Source of the DNA: an uncultured Nitrospiraceae bacterium
GTDB lineage: Bacteria > Nitrospirota > Thermodesulfovibrionia > Thermodesulfovibrionales > Dissulfurispiraceae
Reading direction: 5' to 3'
Assembly (NCBI GenBank): GCA_963727805.1
Contig: CAVSHF010000003.1
Span: 2,304,001 to 2,368,000, forward strand
Length of the DNA stretch: 64,000 nucleotides
This document shows positions 52,369-61,738 of the stretch, in pieces (the stretch's first letter is position 1; the number at the start of each line of letters is the position of its first letter). A model generated the notes under the pieces. It was not told the origin of the DNA. It was given only the letters and a program-made list of their open reading frames with translations, and did not search any database. The translations under genes were made by a program, and so were the position numbers.

Positions 52369-52830
52369 TTAGAGTTGTTTTATAACCTGGGCCATTTCAA
52401 TGGCAGTCATGGCGGCATCCCAGCCTTTGTTGCCAGACTTTGAGCCTGCTCTTTCGACGGCCTGCTCTATTGTGTCAGAGGTAATAACTCCGAAAGCGAT
52501 CGGCACGCCCGTCTCGAGCGATGCTGAAGCAATCCCCTTGGAGACCTCAGCAGCAATGTAATCGAAATGGGGAGTGGCTCCGCGAATTACCGTCCCGAGA
52601 CAAATGACAGCATCGTACTTTCCGCCTGCAGCCATCTTCTTTGCAACCAAGGGAATCTCGAAAGAGCCTGGAACCTTCACAACCTCGATATCCTTTTCGA
52701 CGGCACCATGTCTGACTAGCCCGTCAACAGCACCGTCGAGAAGCTTCGAAGTGATAAAGTCATTGAACCTGCTAAGGACGATACCGAACTTTAGGTCCCT
52801 AGCCTGCAGTTTTCCTTCTATAACCTTCAT
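52369..52830 (-). CDS. ribH: 6,7-dimethyl-8-ribityllumazine synthase
   Basis: [29 protein letters not shown]. Confidence 0.96.
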   Translation of the reverse strand: MKVIEGKLQARDLKFGIVLSRFNDFITSKLLDGAVDGLVRHGAVEKDIEVVKVPGSFEIPLVAKKMAAGGKYDAVICLGTVIRGATPHFDYIAAEVSKGIASASLETGVPIAFGVITSDTIEQAVERAGSKSGNKGWDAAMTAIEMAQVIKQL

Positions 52831-52902
52831 AGCCGCCTCCTGATGATTTTTGTATATTGTATCACAACATCCCCATATCACAATTGAATGCTCACGCCGG
52901 GT

Positions 52903-54024
52903 TTAGTAAAACAACTCAAACCTTCTTGTCCTTATGTTTATCAGAATGCCTGCGGCAAGGAAGTTGCTGAGCAAAGACGTCCCTCCGTAGCTGAGAAAAG
53001 GAAGCGGTATCCCGACAACCGGCATCATGCCGAGTGTCATCCCGATATTGACGACGAAATAAACGAAGAACATGGCTGTTATCCCGATGGCCATCAGCCT
53101 TCCTACTTCATCCTTGGCCTTCGCAGCGGTGTCCAGACCTCGAAGGAAAAGGAGTAAATAAATGCCTAGCAGGCTCAGGCATCCGGCAAATCCCCACTCC
53201 TCCGAGAAAACGGCAAAGATAAAATCAGTGTGCTTTTCGGGGAGGAACCTGAGAGGACCTTGTGTGCCGTTCAAATAGCCTTTTCCAATAAGCTCACCAG
53301 ATCCAATAGCAATTTTCGATTGACTGATGTGATACCCGATGCCTGTGGGATCAACCTCCGGATCCATGAAAGCGATCAGGCGATTCTTCTGATAATCCTT
53401 CAGTCCGTCCCAGAATATATGACCCACAAACGGAATGGCAATAAGTCCGAAAAGAAGGGCAAGGACTATAATCTTTTGGCTGATCCCCTTTGAAATCGCG
53501 AGTACCGAAAAAAGCGCCAGCAGAAGGATAGCAGTCCCGAGGTCGGGCTGTTTAATCAGTAAAATGAGCGGAATCAACCCGAAGACGATCACGCCTCTCA
53601 GCGGTATCCTACCTGTGCTGTCTTTGCCGAGATTGGAGAGATAGGACGCGAAGGCGATAATAAATAATATCCTGAAAAACTCTGACGGCTGGAACGATAA
53701 CAAGCCGAGGTTGAGCCATCTTTGGGCGCCCATGCTTGTCTTGCCCAGAACAAGGACAACAAGCAGAAGGAGAATCCCGACACCATAGAGAGGATAGGAA
53801 AGCCGGTACAGCCAGATGTAATCAAACAAGGTAATGACAATGAGGGCGACGATACTCAATGCAAGCCAAATCAACTGCTTCATGTAGAAATCGGCCTGCC
53901 CCCCCATCCCTATCAGGGGTCTTGTGGCGCTGTAAATCGTCATCACTCCGATGAGCGTTAGCACAATAATAATTAGGAGTGTTATCCAGTCGAAATTTTT
54001 TATAAGTCTTCTATCTATCTGCAT
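52903..54024 (-). CDS. rodA: Rod shape-determining protein RodA
   Basis: GAQRW, QPSE, QPDLGT, PEKHTDFIF, SYGG. Confidence 0.95.
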   Translation of the reverse strand: MQIDRRLIKNFDWITLLIIIVLTLIGVMTIYSATRPLIGMGGQADFYMKQLIWLALSIVALIVITLFDYIWLYRLSYPLYGVGILLLLVVLVLGKTSMGAQRWLNLGLLSFQPSEFFRILFIIAFASYLSNLGKDSTGRIPLRGVIVFGLIPLILLIKQPDLGTAILLLALFSVLAISKGISQKIIVLALLFGLIAIPFVGHIFWDGLKDYQKNRLIAFMDPEVDPTGIGYHISQSKIAIGSGELIGKGYLNGTQGPLRFLPEKHTDFIFAVFSEEWGFAGCLSLLGIYLLLFLRGLDTAAKAKDEVGRLMAIGITAMFFVYFVVNIGMTLGMMPVVGIPLPFLSYGGTSLLSNFLAAGILINIRTRRFELFY

Positions 54025-55834
54025 TATCGCTTTCTTCCAAACCCGCTGCTTTTACTTTTGTAGTCCCGCCCTTTGCAGCAGCAATCTTTTCTTTGCCCTG
54101 GCCTTTGTTCAGAAAATAAGCCTCTATCGCCTTCTTGGCCATAGGGGCCGCAGCGGAGCCGCCGTGTCCTCCATGCTCAACAAAGACGGAAAGGGCAATC
54201 TCAGGATTGTCGATGGGAGCAACTGCGACAAACCAGGCATGGTCCATATACTTCTCGCCCGAGAGGCCCTTATTCTTTCCCACCACCTGCGCAGTGCCGG
54301 TCTTTCCCCCGATTTTCACAATCGTCGATTGTGCAACCCGTGCAGTACCTCCCTCCTCGTTCACAACCGCTGAAAGACCCTCTCTAAGGAGTTGCAAGGT
54401 TTCAGGTTTCAAATCGATCTTTGACCGCTGTTGTATATCCTTGGGGTCCTTGATCAAAGTGGGCTTTAGCACTCTTCCTCCGTTTGATATCGCGGCGGTC
54501 ATCAGTGCGAGCTGTATCGGTGTTACCGCAACATATCCCTGTCCGATGGCGGCATTCAGGGTTTCGCCGAGATACCAATCTTGTCCCCTCTTGGCCCGTT
54601 TCCATTCGGTGCTCGGGATCAGCCCCTGCCTTTCTTTCTGCAATCCCAAGCCGGTATCGGTGCCGAGTCCGAGTGCGGTGGCGTATTTATGTATTTTGTC
54701 AATCCCGAGCCTTCTTCCTACCTCATAAAAATAGACATCGCAGGATTCCCTGATAGCCTTGTGCAGAGAGACAAGGCCGTGGCCTCCATGTCTCCAACAC
54801 CCGAAGGTCCATTTGCCGTAGCTGATGCCCCCCGTGCAGTTGACCTTCGACTCGGGAGTGATAACACCCTCTTCAAGGCCAGCTACAGCCATTATGATTT
54901 TGAAAGTTGAGCCAGGTGGATACTGGCTCTGCAACGCCCTGTTCATCATCGGTTTGTGTTTGTCCTCGATCAAAGAGTTCCAGTCTTCAGAGGAGATTCC
55001 ATGGGCAAACTGGTTTGGATCGAATGAGGGCAGGCTCTCAAGTGCGAGAACCTCTCCCGTGTTGACCTTGAAGGCAACAAGCGCTCCTGCCTTTTCACCG
55101 AAAGCGTCTTCGACTGCCTTCTGCATTCCGATATCAATGCTGAGCGTTATGTCCTTGCCCTTTTCCGCAAGCTTCTCGTCTAAAAGCCTATGCTCCCTGC
55201 CGAGGGCGTCAACCTCTATGACTTTTCCCCCGGCTACGCCCCTGAGCTGGCTGTCATAAAGAGCCTCGACCCCCCACTGTCCAACGAGGGTATCAGGCGG
55301 AAGGTTGAGAAATTCAGGAGATTCAGATTGTGCTGGAGTCATCTTTCCTAGATAGCCTATGATATGGGCGCCCACCTTCCCAAAAGGATATGCTCTGCCA
55401 ACGTCTGTCTGGATATAAAGGCCGGGGAAGTCTGACCTCCGCGCCTCGAGGCGCGCAACCTCCTGGAAGCTTAGACCGTGCTTGAGCTCGATTGGAACAA
55501 AAGGGCTGTTGTCCTTTCTCGTCAATTTAGCCTCTATCTCCTGCTTTTCAAGGCCGACGAGGGATGAGAGGGTCTCGGTGTCTACGCCCTTCGCCGGATC
55601 GTACATAATGTAAACACTGTACATCGGGATATTCTTTACGAGAGGGATGCCGTTTCTGTCTAATATAATGCCGCGAGGCGCGGGCGTGCTCATTATCTTC
55701 AGCCTATTACCTTCCGACAGCTTGCGGTATTTGTCCCCTTCGAGCACCTGCAGCTGCATGAGGCGCAGGCACATAAGCACAAAGATGCCGGCAATAATGA
55801 AAACGCCTAATTGTATCTTTTTCCGCGTATCCAT
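54011..55834 (-). CDS. mrdA: Penicillin-binding protein 2
   Basis: APRG.ILDRNG, STFK, SCD, KTG; start moved to 55834. Confidence 0.95.
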   Translation of the reverse strand: MDTRKKIQLGVFIIAGIFVLMCLRLMQLQVLEGDKYRKLSEGNRLKIMSTPAPRGIILDRNGIPLVKNIPMYSVYIMYDPAKGVDTETLSSLVGLEKQEIEAKLTRKDNSPFVPIELKHGLSFQEVARLEARRSDFPGLYIQTDVGRAYPFGKVGAHIIGYLGKMTPAQSESPEFLNLPPDTLVGQWGVEALYDSQLRGVAGGKVIEVDALGREHRLLDEKLAEKGKDITLSIDIGMQKAVEDAFGEKAGALVAFKVNTGEVLALESLPSFDPNQFAHGISSEDWNSLIEDKHKPMMNRALQSQYPPGSTFKIIMAVAGLEEGVITPESKVNCTGGISYGKWTFGCWRHGGHGLVSLHKAIRESCDVYFYEVGRRLGIDKIHKYATALGLGTDTGLGLQKERQGLIPSTEWKRAKRGQDWYLGETLNAAIGQGYVAVTPIQLALMTAAISNGGRVLKPTLIKDPKDIQQRSKIDLKPETLQLLREGLSAVVNEEGGTARVAQSTIVKIGGKTGTAQVVGKNKGLSGEKYMDHAWFVAVAPIDNPEIALSVFVEHGGHGGSAAAPMAKKAIEAYFLNKGQGKEKIAAAKGGTTKVKAAGLEESDNADR

Positions 55835-56349
55835 AAGCGTCTCGGTGTGACAATATTTTGCCCTGGTTTGAGAACAAGGCCGATAGGGATATTCATAATA
55901 GCCTGGATGATTATGAGCTCGACTACAGCGGGACCGCCAATCGCCGTATTCGAAAAGAGCTGCCTTGCGGCAATAACAACAAGACCGTCCAATAGTGTAA
56001 AGACAGTAAGGACTACGCCACCGAGAACAGATTCCCACTGGAAAAAAATATCTCTATAGACAATGCTGCTCATGAATCCTACCAGCCCCTTGCTCAACAG
56101 ATTCGGACCTATGATTGAGCCGATCATAGCGTCTTCAATGAGTCCAACCCCCGCGCCAAAAAGAGTACTCCTGATCTCCGGGGTAACGTCATCGGAACCG
56201 GAAGCGGCCGGCTGATAGGAGGCGGTTCTAATACCGAAGACGTAAACAAGCGCTAGCGTAAGATTGAGCGGACAATCAAAAAGCGCAAGTTTTGGCTGTA
56301 GAAGAAGGACGAATGCGGTGAAGAAAACCCAGATAAATGATACCATCAC
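55807..56349 (-). CDS. mreD: Rod shape-determining protein MreD
   Basis: Hydrophobic ORF between mreC and mrdA with GLIED motif. Confidence 0.7.
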   Translation of the reverse strand: MMVSFIWVFFTAFVLLLQPKLALFDCPLNLTLALVYVFGIRTASYQPAASGSDDVTPEIRSTLFGAGVGLIEDAMIGSIIGPNLLSKGLVGFMSSIVYRDIFFQWESVLGGVVLTVFTLLDGLVVIAARQLFSNTAIGGPAVVELIIIQAIMNIPIGLVLKPGQNIVTPRRLWIRGKRYN

Positions 56350-57200
56350 TGTCCTCCCTTAGCGGGGGCTGCCGACTGGTCAGCAGCCAGGGGAGGTCTC
56401 TTGAATTCGGCAGATCGTCCAATAACCACTACCTCCTCGATTTTCGACGAGGACTGGAAGGGGACTACTTCTACGTACTGGAAGAACTCGACTCCTTCGG
56501 TCCGTACCTTTGCCACCCTGCCTACCGGTATTCCCTGCGGGAAGATACCGTCGAGTCCGGAGGTGATAACAATCTCCCCTTCCTTGATCGTTTCTTCCGT
56601 CGGTACGTATTTCAGGATGCAATACCGATGTCCGGTACCAGCGAGCACCCCTTCGTGCCGGCCCTCCTGAAGCCTGACCGCAACAGAAAAATTCGGATCG
56701 GTCAAGAGCATGATGTCAGCAAAATTATCTCTCACTGCGGACACCTTCCCTGCCAGTCCCTTTGGGGTAATCGCGGACATATCTTTCATGATCCCTTCGT
56801 TTTTCCCCTTATCGATGACAAGTGTATTCATAAACTTATCGTATCCGCGGGCGATAACGCGGGCTGCTATCCCGCTTCCCCGAATCTGACTCCTGAGATC
56901 GAGTAGCTCGTGAAGTCTCCTGTTTTCGCTAAGGATTTCCCCGTATCTCTGCCGCTCAGCCAGGCTGTTCCGCAGCTCGGCCTTGAGTTTCTTATTCTCA
57001 TCGGCGGTATTCATTACCTCATTTACCGCAGCGGATAGTGAGGACATTAGTCCATTCATAGCATCATATGGATAGGAAAGGGGTTTCAGGATCCCTGGCG
57101 CACCGTCATGCTGACGATAAATAGGCATCAAGACAAGGGCTGCGAGGACGAGGACTACAACGATAAGCAGCCTTTTTCTGGACCGAGACATTAACGACAT
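56346..57200 (-). CDS. mreC: Rod shape-determining protein MreC
   Basis: ENRRL, IDKG, TSGLDGIFPQGIPVG. Confidence 0.92.
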   Translation of the reverse strand: MSLMSRSRKRLLIVVVLVLAALVLMPIYRQHDGAPGILKPLSYPYDAMNGLMSSLSAAVNEVMNTADENKKLKAELRNSLAERQRYGEILSENRRLHELLDLRSQIRGSGIAARVIARGYDKFMNTLVIDKGKNEGIMKDMSAITPKGLAGKVSAVRDNFADIMLLTDPNFSVAVRLQEGRHEGVLAGTGHRYCILKYVPTEETIKEGEIVITSGLDGIFPQGIPVGRVAKVRTEGVEFFQYVEVVPFQSSSKIEEVVVIGRSAEFKRPPLAADQSAAPAKGGQ

Positions 57201-58231
57201 TAATTAGTGGCTATGGCGATTTTCTTGAGCAATTCCAACTTATCTAGCATAGCTCCGCATCCCCTTACGACCGCAGTGAGCGGATCGTCAGGAACGATAA
57301 CTGGAACTCCGGTATGCTCCCTGATCAGGATATCGAGCCCTTTGAGCAGTGCCCCTCCGCCGGCAAGCACGATACCGCGGTCAACGATGTCGGCAGCAAG
57401 CTCCGGAGGTGTATTTTCGAGAGTGACCTTGATCGTATCCAGGATCATGACAACGCTATCCTGAAGGGCCTCTCTGACCTCTTCTTCGGTGACATTGATC
57501 GCCTTCGGGATCCCCGAAATGAGGTCTCTTCCCTTCACTTCAATAGTCGGAATCTTCTCAGTAGGGTAAGCCGAGCCGCACTCGATCTTGATCATCTCGG
57601 CAGTCCTGTCCCCGATCATCAGATTGTATTTGCGCTTAATGTAAGCGATAATTGCCTCGTCCATCTTATCGCCACCAACCCGAACTGCCTTGCTGAAGAC
57701 GATCCCGTCCAGGGATATTATGGCAACGTCGGTCGTTCCTCCGCCGATATCAACTATCATGTTACCAAAAGGCTCTCCAACAGGAAGCCCGACGCCTAAT
57801 GCAGCGGCCATCGGTTCTTCTATCAGATAGACCTCCCGCGCCCCGGAGGCGTGGGCAGCATCCTTTACCGCTCGCTGTTCTACTTGGGTGATACCGGAAG
57901 GCACTCCGATGATCACGCGGGGAGAGATAAAGCTTTTCCGGTGATGCACCTTGGTGATGAAATATTTGAGCATCTCTTCCGTCGCGTCGAAATCAGCGAT
58001 AACGCCGTCTTTCATTGGACGGATCGTCATTATGTTAGCGGGGGTTTTTCCGACCATCTCCTTTGCCTCGAGTCCGACAGCGATCGGCTTCTTGTTGTCC
58101 CTGCGAACGACAACGACCGAAGGCTCACTGCAAATTATCCCTCTCCCCCTTACATAAACAAGTGTATTCGCAGTACCTAGATCTATGGCAAGATCATTCG
58201 AAAACATACCCATAATTTTATTGAAAAACAC
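57200..58231 (-). CDS. mreB: Rod shape-determining protein MreB
   Basis: IDLGTANT, DIGGGTT, GGGALL. Confidence 0.97.
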   Translation of the reverse strand: MFFNKIMGMFSNDLAIDLGTANTLVYVRGRGIICSEPSVVVVRRDNKKPIAVGLEAKEMVGKTPANIMTIRPMKDGVIADFDATEEMLKYFITKVHHRKSFISPRVIIGVPSGITQVEQRAVKDAAHASGAREVYLIEEPMAAALGVGLPVGEPFGNMIVDIGGGTTDVAIISLDGIVFSKAVRVGGDKMDEAIIAYIKRKYNLMIGDRTAEMIKIECGSAYPTEKIPTIEVKGRDLISGIPKAINVTEEEVREALQDSVVMILDTIKVTLENTPPELAADIVDRGIVLAGGGALLKGLDILIREHTGVPVIVPDDPLTAVVRGCGAMLDKLELLKKIAIATN

Positions 58232-58297
58232 AGAAACCTCCTCTTAACTACATTCCATCATTCTGAAAAATAAAGGTTATCGATAAGCAGCAAAAAC

Positions 58298-58702
58298 TTA
58301 GCCTTCAACAACCTTCGTGCCGGCAAGATCATCGCCGAGCCTCATGCCCTCACTGTTGCCGAGTGTCAGGAGGAATTCGAAGGTCAGGATGAGCACCGGA
58401 AAGATCCACCCGGCGAGTGGAATGTTGAAAAACAACATCGCCGCAGCGAATGGCGCATTCCGAATCATCGAGTCCCTGAAACTTCCCTGGGCCCCCGCCG
58501 AAGACGAAATGACGCGTAATCGCATTATCTTTTTACCGAGACTCCTGCCGTCAAAAAGACCATCGCCTATCAGCAAATAAGCCAGGCCGGCAAGAAAACC
58601 AACCTGGGGGACCGCCCTGACCGCAGCGGCAATGACGATAAAATCAAGCGCCTTTGCCATTGCTCTCAGCAGCAAACTTGCCTTCAACAGGCCTTCCGAC
58701 AT
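58298..58702 (-). CDS. RDD-family membrane protein
   Basis: R..A..LD, GRSLGK, IRN, RLGDDLAGTKV. Confidence 0.8.
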   Translation of the reverse strand: MSEGLLKASLLLRAMAKALDFIVIAAAVRAVPQVGFLAGLAYLLIGDGLFDGRSLGKKIMRLRVISSSAGAQGSFRDSMIRNAPFAAAMLFFNIPLAGWIFPVLILTFEFLLTLGNSEGMRLGDDLAGTKVVEG

Positions 58703-59065
58703 CTTTAATAGTAGCAGACTTCCCGTTGCTTTTTCAAGGAACTCCGTCAACTTAAGCCCATGATTTTATGTTGAAAATAGGAGGCAAGCGAAATACGCTC
58801 TGATCTTCCACAATCCGCAACTTCTCACAAATGAGATATACCTATGTACCCTCTATTTATGCTATACTTTCGTGAATTAACCATACTATAAATATATTAA
58901 CTGATAGCTCGGGGGCTTATAGTGATATGTGCAAGCCGATATACGGTTCTGTTCCACCTTGTTTTTTCCCTGTTTATAGCAATCCCTTCACTCTCCTTTA
59001 CAGGTCTCTTGCGGTTTCTATTGTATACTGAGATGCCTGTTCATACTACCGACTGAGCCTCCCCC

Positions 59066-59968
59066 ATGGGTTTTTTTGACAAATTAAAGTCCGGCCTTTC
59101 CAAAACCAGGAAAAGTCTTGTCGAGCGCGTCGAAACAATACTTCTGAACAGGACAATCGATGAATCCGTCATTGAGGAAATCGAAGAGATACTCATTTCC
59201 TCCGACGTCGGCACAGAGGCGACAGGACAGATTATCGGCATCCTCAAAGACAAGGTCCGCTCTGGAATAATAAGGGATGTCGCTAACGTCAAAGTAGCGA
59301 TCAAGGAAGAGATGACGGCAATGCTCGGTACTCCGCAGCCTCTTGTCCTTTCGGCTAAACCCTCGATAATCCTTACCATAGGAGTAAACGGCGTGGGCAA
59401 GACAACCACAATCGGGAAGCTTGCTTCGCGGTTCAGGGCAGAGGGGAAAAAAGTCATGATTGCTGCCGGGGATACCTTCAGGGCCGCCGCAATAGAGCAG
59501 CTCGACATCTGGGCTCAACGAACAGGAGCGGAAATCATAAAGCATCAGAGCGGCTCTGACCCCGCCGCCGTCGCCTTCGACGCAGTGGAAGCGGCGAAGC
59601 ACAGGGGTAGCGACGTCGTCATCATTGACACTGCAGGAAGGCTCCACACGAAGAGCCCACTCATGGACGAACTTAAAAAAATAAACCGCGTCATCAAGAA
59701 AGCTATTCCTGACGCCCCTCATGAGAAACTCCTCGTCATCGATGCGACCACAGGCCAGAACGCCCTTCGCCAGGCGAAGATTTTCGACGAGGCAATTGGC
59801 TTGACCGGTATCGCGCTCACTAAGCTCGACGGCACGGCAAAGGGTGGCATCATCTTTGCAATTCAGAAAGAGTTGAATATCCCAGTAAAGTTGATCGGCA
59901 TCGGCGAGGGAATCGAGGACCTGAGGGACTTCGATCCCCACGATTTCGTTGCCGCACTCTTTGAGTAA
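59066..59968 (+). CDS. ftsY: Signal recognition particle receptor FtsY
   Basis: GVNGVGKTT, DTFRAAA, DTAGR, TKLDGTAKGG. Confidence 0.96.
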   Translation: MGFFDKLKSGLSKTRKSLVERVETILLNRTIDESVIEEIEEILISSDVGTEATGQIIGILKDKVRSGIIRDVANVKVAIKEEMTAMLGTPQPLVLSAKPSIILTIGVNGVGKTTTIGKLASRFRAEGKKVMIAAGDTFRAAAIEQLDIWAQRTGAEIIKHQSGSDPAAVAFDAVEAAKHRGSDVVIIDTAGRLHTKSPLMDELKKINRVIKKAIPDAPHEKLLVIDATTGQNALRQAKIFDEAIGLTGIALTKLDGTAKGGIIFAIQKELNIPVKLIGIGEGIEDLRDFDPHDFVAALFE

Positions 59969-60073
59969 TAAAATCTGTAAGCTGAGGCCCTAAAGGGTCA
60001 GAATGTATTACTCGACAATCAGGAGTGCGTATACAGCGAGAGTTCAGACCCTGTTCTTTCCTTATTATCCGAA

Positions 60074-60739
60074 TTATCCGAAATTTCCCCTAGCTACATT
60101 CTTGCGCGTCAGGTCGATAATATCAGTGATACCGTATTCATCGAATTGGTCAAAGAGCACCTTGCTCCCGTCACGGATCTTCATCTTCATTTCATCTTCG
60201 TAGAGCGGCACGATGCTATAGAAGCGGATAGTTTTCTCATCGTTGATCCTTAACTCATGGAACTCCCTGGGCACAAGTATCGAGGGGAAAATTATTACTC
60301 CTGATAGTTGCGTGTTCGCGGCAAAGGGCCTTGGAGGATTGCCGTTCGGAATGGTATGTCCCCAACCCAACCAGGTGTCATATCTGTGCGGGAAACGTGC
60401 CAATATTTTCAGAAGACGGACAGGCCAGTACCAGTCCTCTGTCTTAAGACATTCCTGATCCAATTTCCACTCCCGGGGCAATACGACCATGAGCTCGATA
60501 TAGCGCGGCACTTTCGCATCAGGCGGGACCTTCATCGGAAAATCGCTCATCCCCGAGGTAACAAGGATGTTGAAAGGGTTCTCTGTTGTGGGTCTCACTT
60601 GATGGATGTCGATATGCACTGCATCAGACTGGATCTCCTGAAAGACCGCTGCTACTTTCCCGATATATCTTTCGATGTGCCCTGAGATCTCTTCGATACA
60701 GACGTCGCATCGAGTTGACTTGTTATCGGGGGCGTTCAT
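60074..60739 (-). CDS. Suppressor-of-fused (SUFU) domain protein
   Basis: HIDI, LVTSGMSD, GWGHTIPNG, VPLYEDEM. Confidence 0.82.
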   Translation of the reverse strand: MNAPDNKSTRCDVCIEEISGHIERYIGKVAAVFQEIQSDAVHIDIHQVRPTTENPFNILVTSGMSDFPMKVPPDAKVPRYIELMVVLPREWKLDQECLKTEDWYWPVRLLKILARFPHRYDTWLGWGHTIPNGNPPRPFAANTQLSGVIIFPSILVPREFHELRINDEKTIRFYSIVPLYEDEMKMKIRDGSKVLFDQFDEYGITDIIDLTRKNVARGNFG

Positions 60740-60744
60740 ACTGA

Positions 60745-61722
60745 TTACTGAACGGGTTGAGTGAAACTCCCGATCTTTTTGATCTTCTTATATCTTTCTT
60801 CGACCAATTTAGCGCAAGGCTTTCCGTGGAGTATTTCGAGAGTTTTAAGGAGGTATTCAGTTATCTTCTTCGCTACTGTTTCTGGTTCACGGTGGGCACC
60901 GCCCAAGGGCTCGGGAATGATATCATCGATGATCTTGAAGCTTTTTAGATCCGTCGCCGTGAGCTTCAGGGCCTCAGCCGCCCTCGAAAAGTCATCGGCA
61001 TTGAGCTCACCATTCTTGCGCCAAAGGATCGCCGCGCATCCTTCAGGGGAAATGACCGAATAGACAGAGTTTTCGAGCATGACGAGCCTGTCGGAAACGC
61101 TCAACCCGAGGGCACCACCACTGCCGCCCTCTCCGATGACGATGGAGACGATCGGTGTTTTTAGCCGCGCCATTTCCATAAGGTTCGTTGCGATGGCCTC
61201 GGCCTGTCCCCGTTCTTCTGCCCCGATGCCAGGATACGCGCCTGGCGTATCGATTAACGTTACCACAGGCTTTTTGAATCTTTCGGCGAGCTTCATAAGA
61301 CGGAGGGCTTTGCGATAGCCTTCGGGATTGGGCTGGCCAAAGTTCCGGTAGATACGATCCTTAGTACTTCTGCCTTTTTGATGGCCTATAATAACCATGG
61401 ATATCCCGCCAATCTTGCCAATACCCCCTACAATCGCAGGGTCATCACCAAACCTCCTGTCGCCATGGAGCTCGACAAAGTCCTCAACCATCATGTCGAT
61501 GTAATCAAGGGTATGGGGCCTCTCGGGATGTCGCGCTATCAAGGTTCTTTGCCATGGGGTTAGCGATGAGAATATTTCCGCCCGCAGGTCTTTGGTCTTC
61601 TTTTCGAGCTTCTTGATCTCGGGGCTTATGTCGAGTTCCTGGCCGTCGGACAGCCTCTTTAGTTCCTCGATCTTCGACTCGAGCTCTTCGAGTGGTTTCT
61701 CGAAGTCAAGATAATACGCCAT
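60745..61722 (-). CDS. accA: Acetyl-CoA carboxylase carboxyltransferase alpha subunit
   Basis: [28 protein letters not shown]. Confidence 0.97.
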   Translation of the reverse strand: MAYYLDFEKPLEELESKIEELKRLSDGQELDISPEIKKLEKKTKDLRAEIFSSLTPWQRTLIARHPERPHTLDYIDMMVEDFVELHGDRRFGDDPAIVGGIGKIGGISMVIIGHQKGRSTKDRIYRNFGQPNPEGYRKALRLMKLAERFKKPVVTLIDTPGAYPGIGAEERGQAEAIATNLMEMARLKTPIVSIVIGEGGSGGALGLSVSDRLVMLENSVYSVISPEGCAAILWRKNGELNADDFSRAAEALKLTATDLKSFKIIDDIIPEPLGGAHREPETVAKKITEYLLKTLEILHGKPCAKLVEERYKKIKKIGSFTQPVQ

Positions 61723-61738
61723 TCATTTCTCCTGTCAT

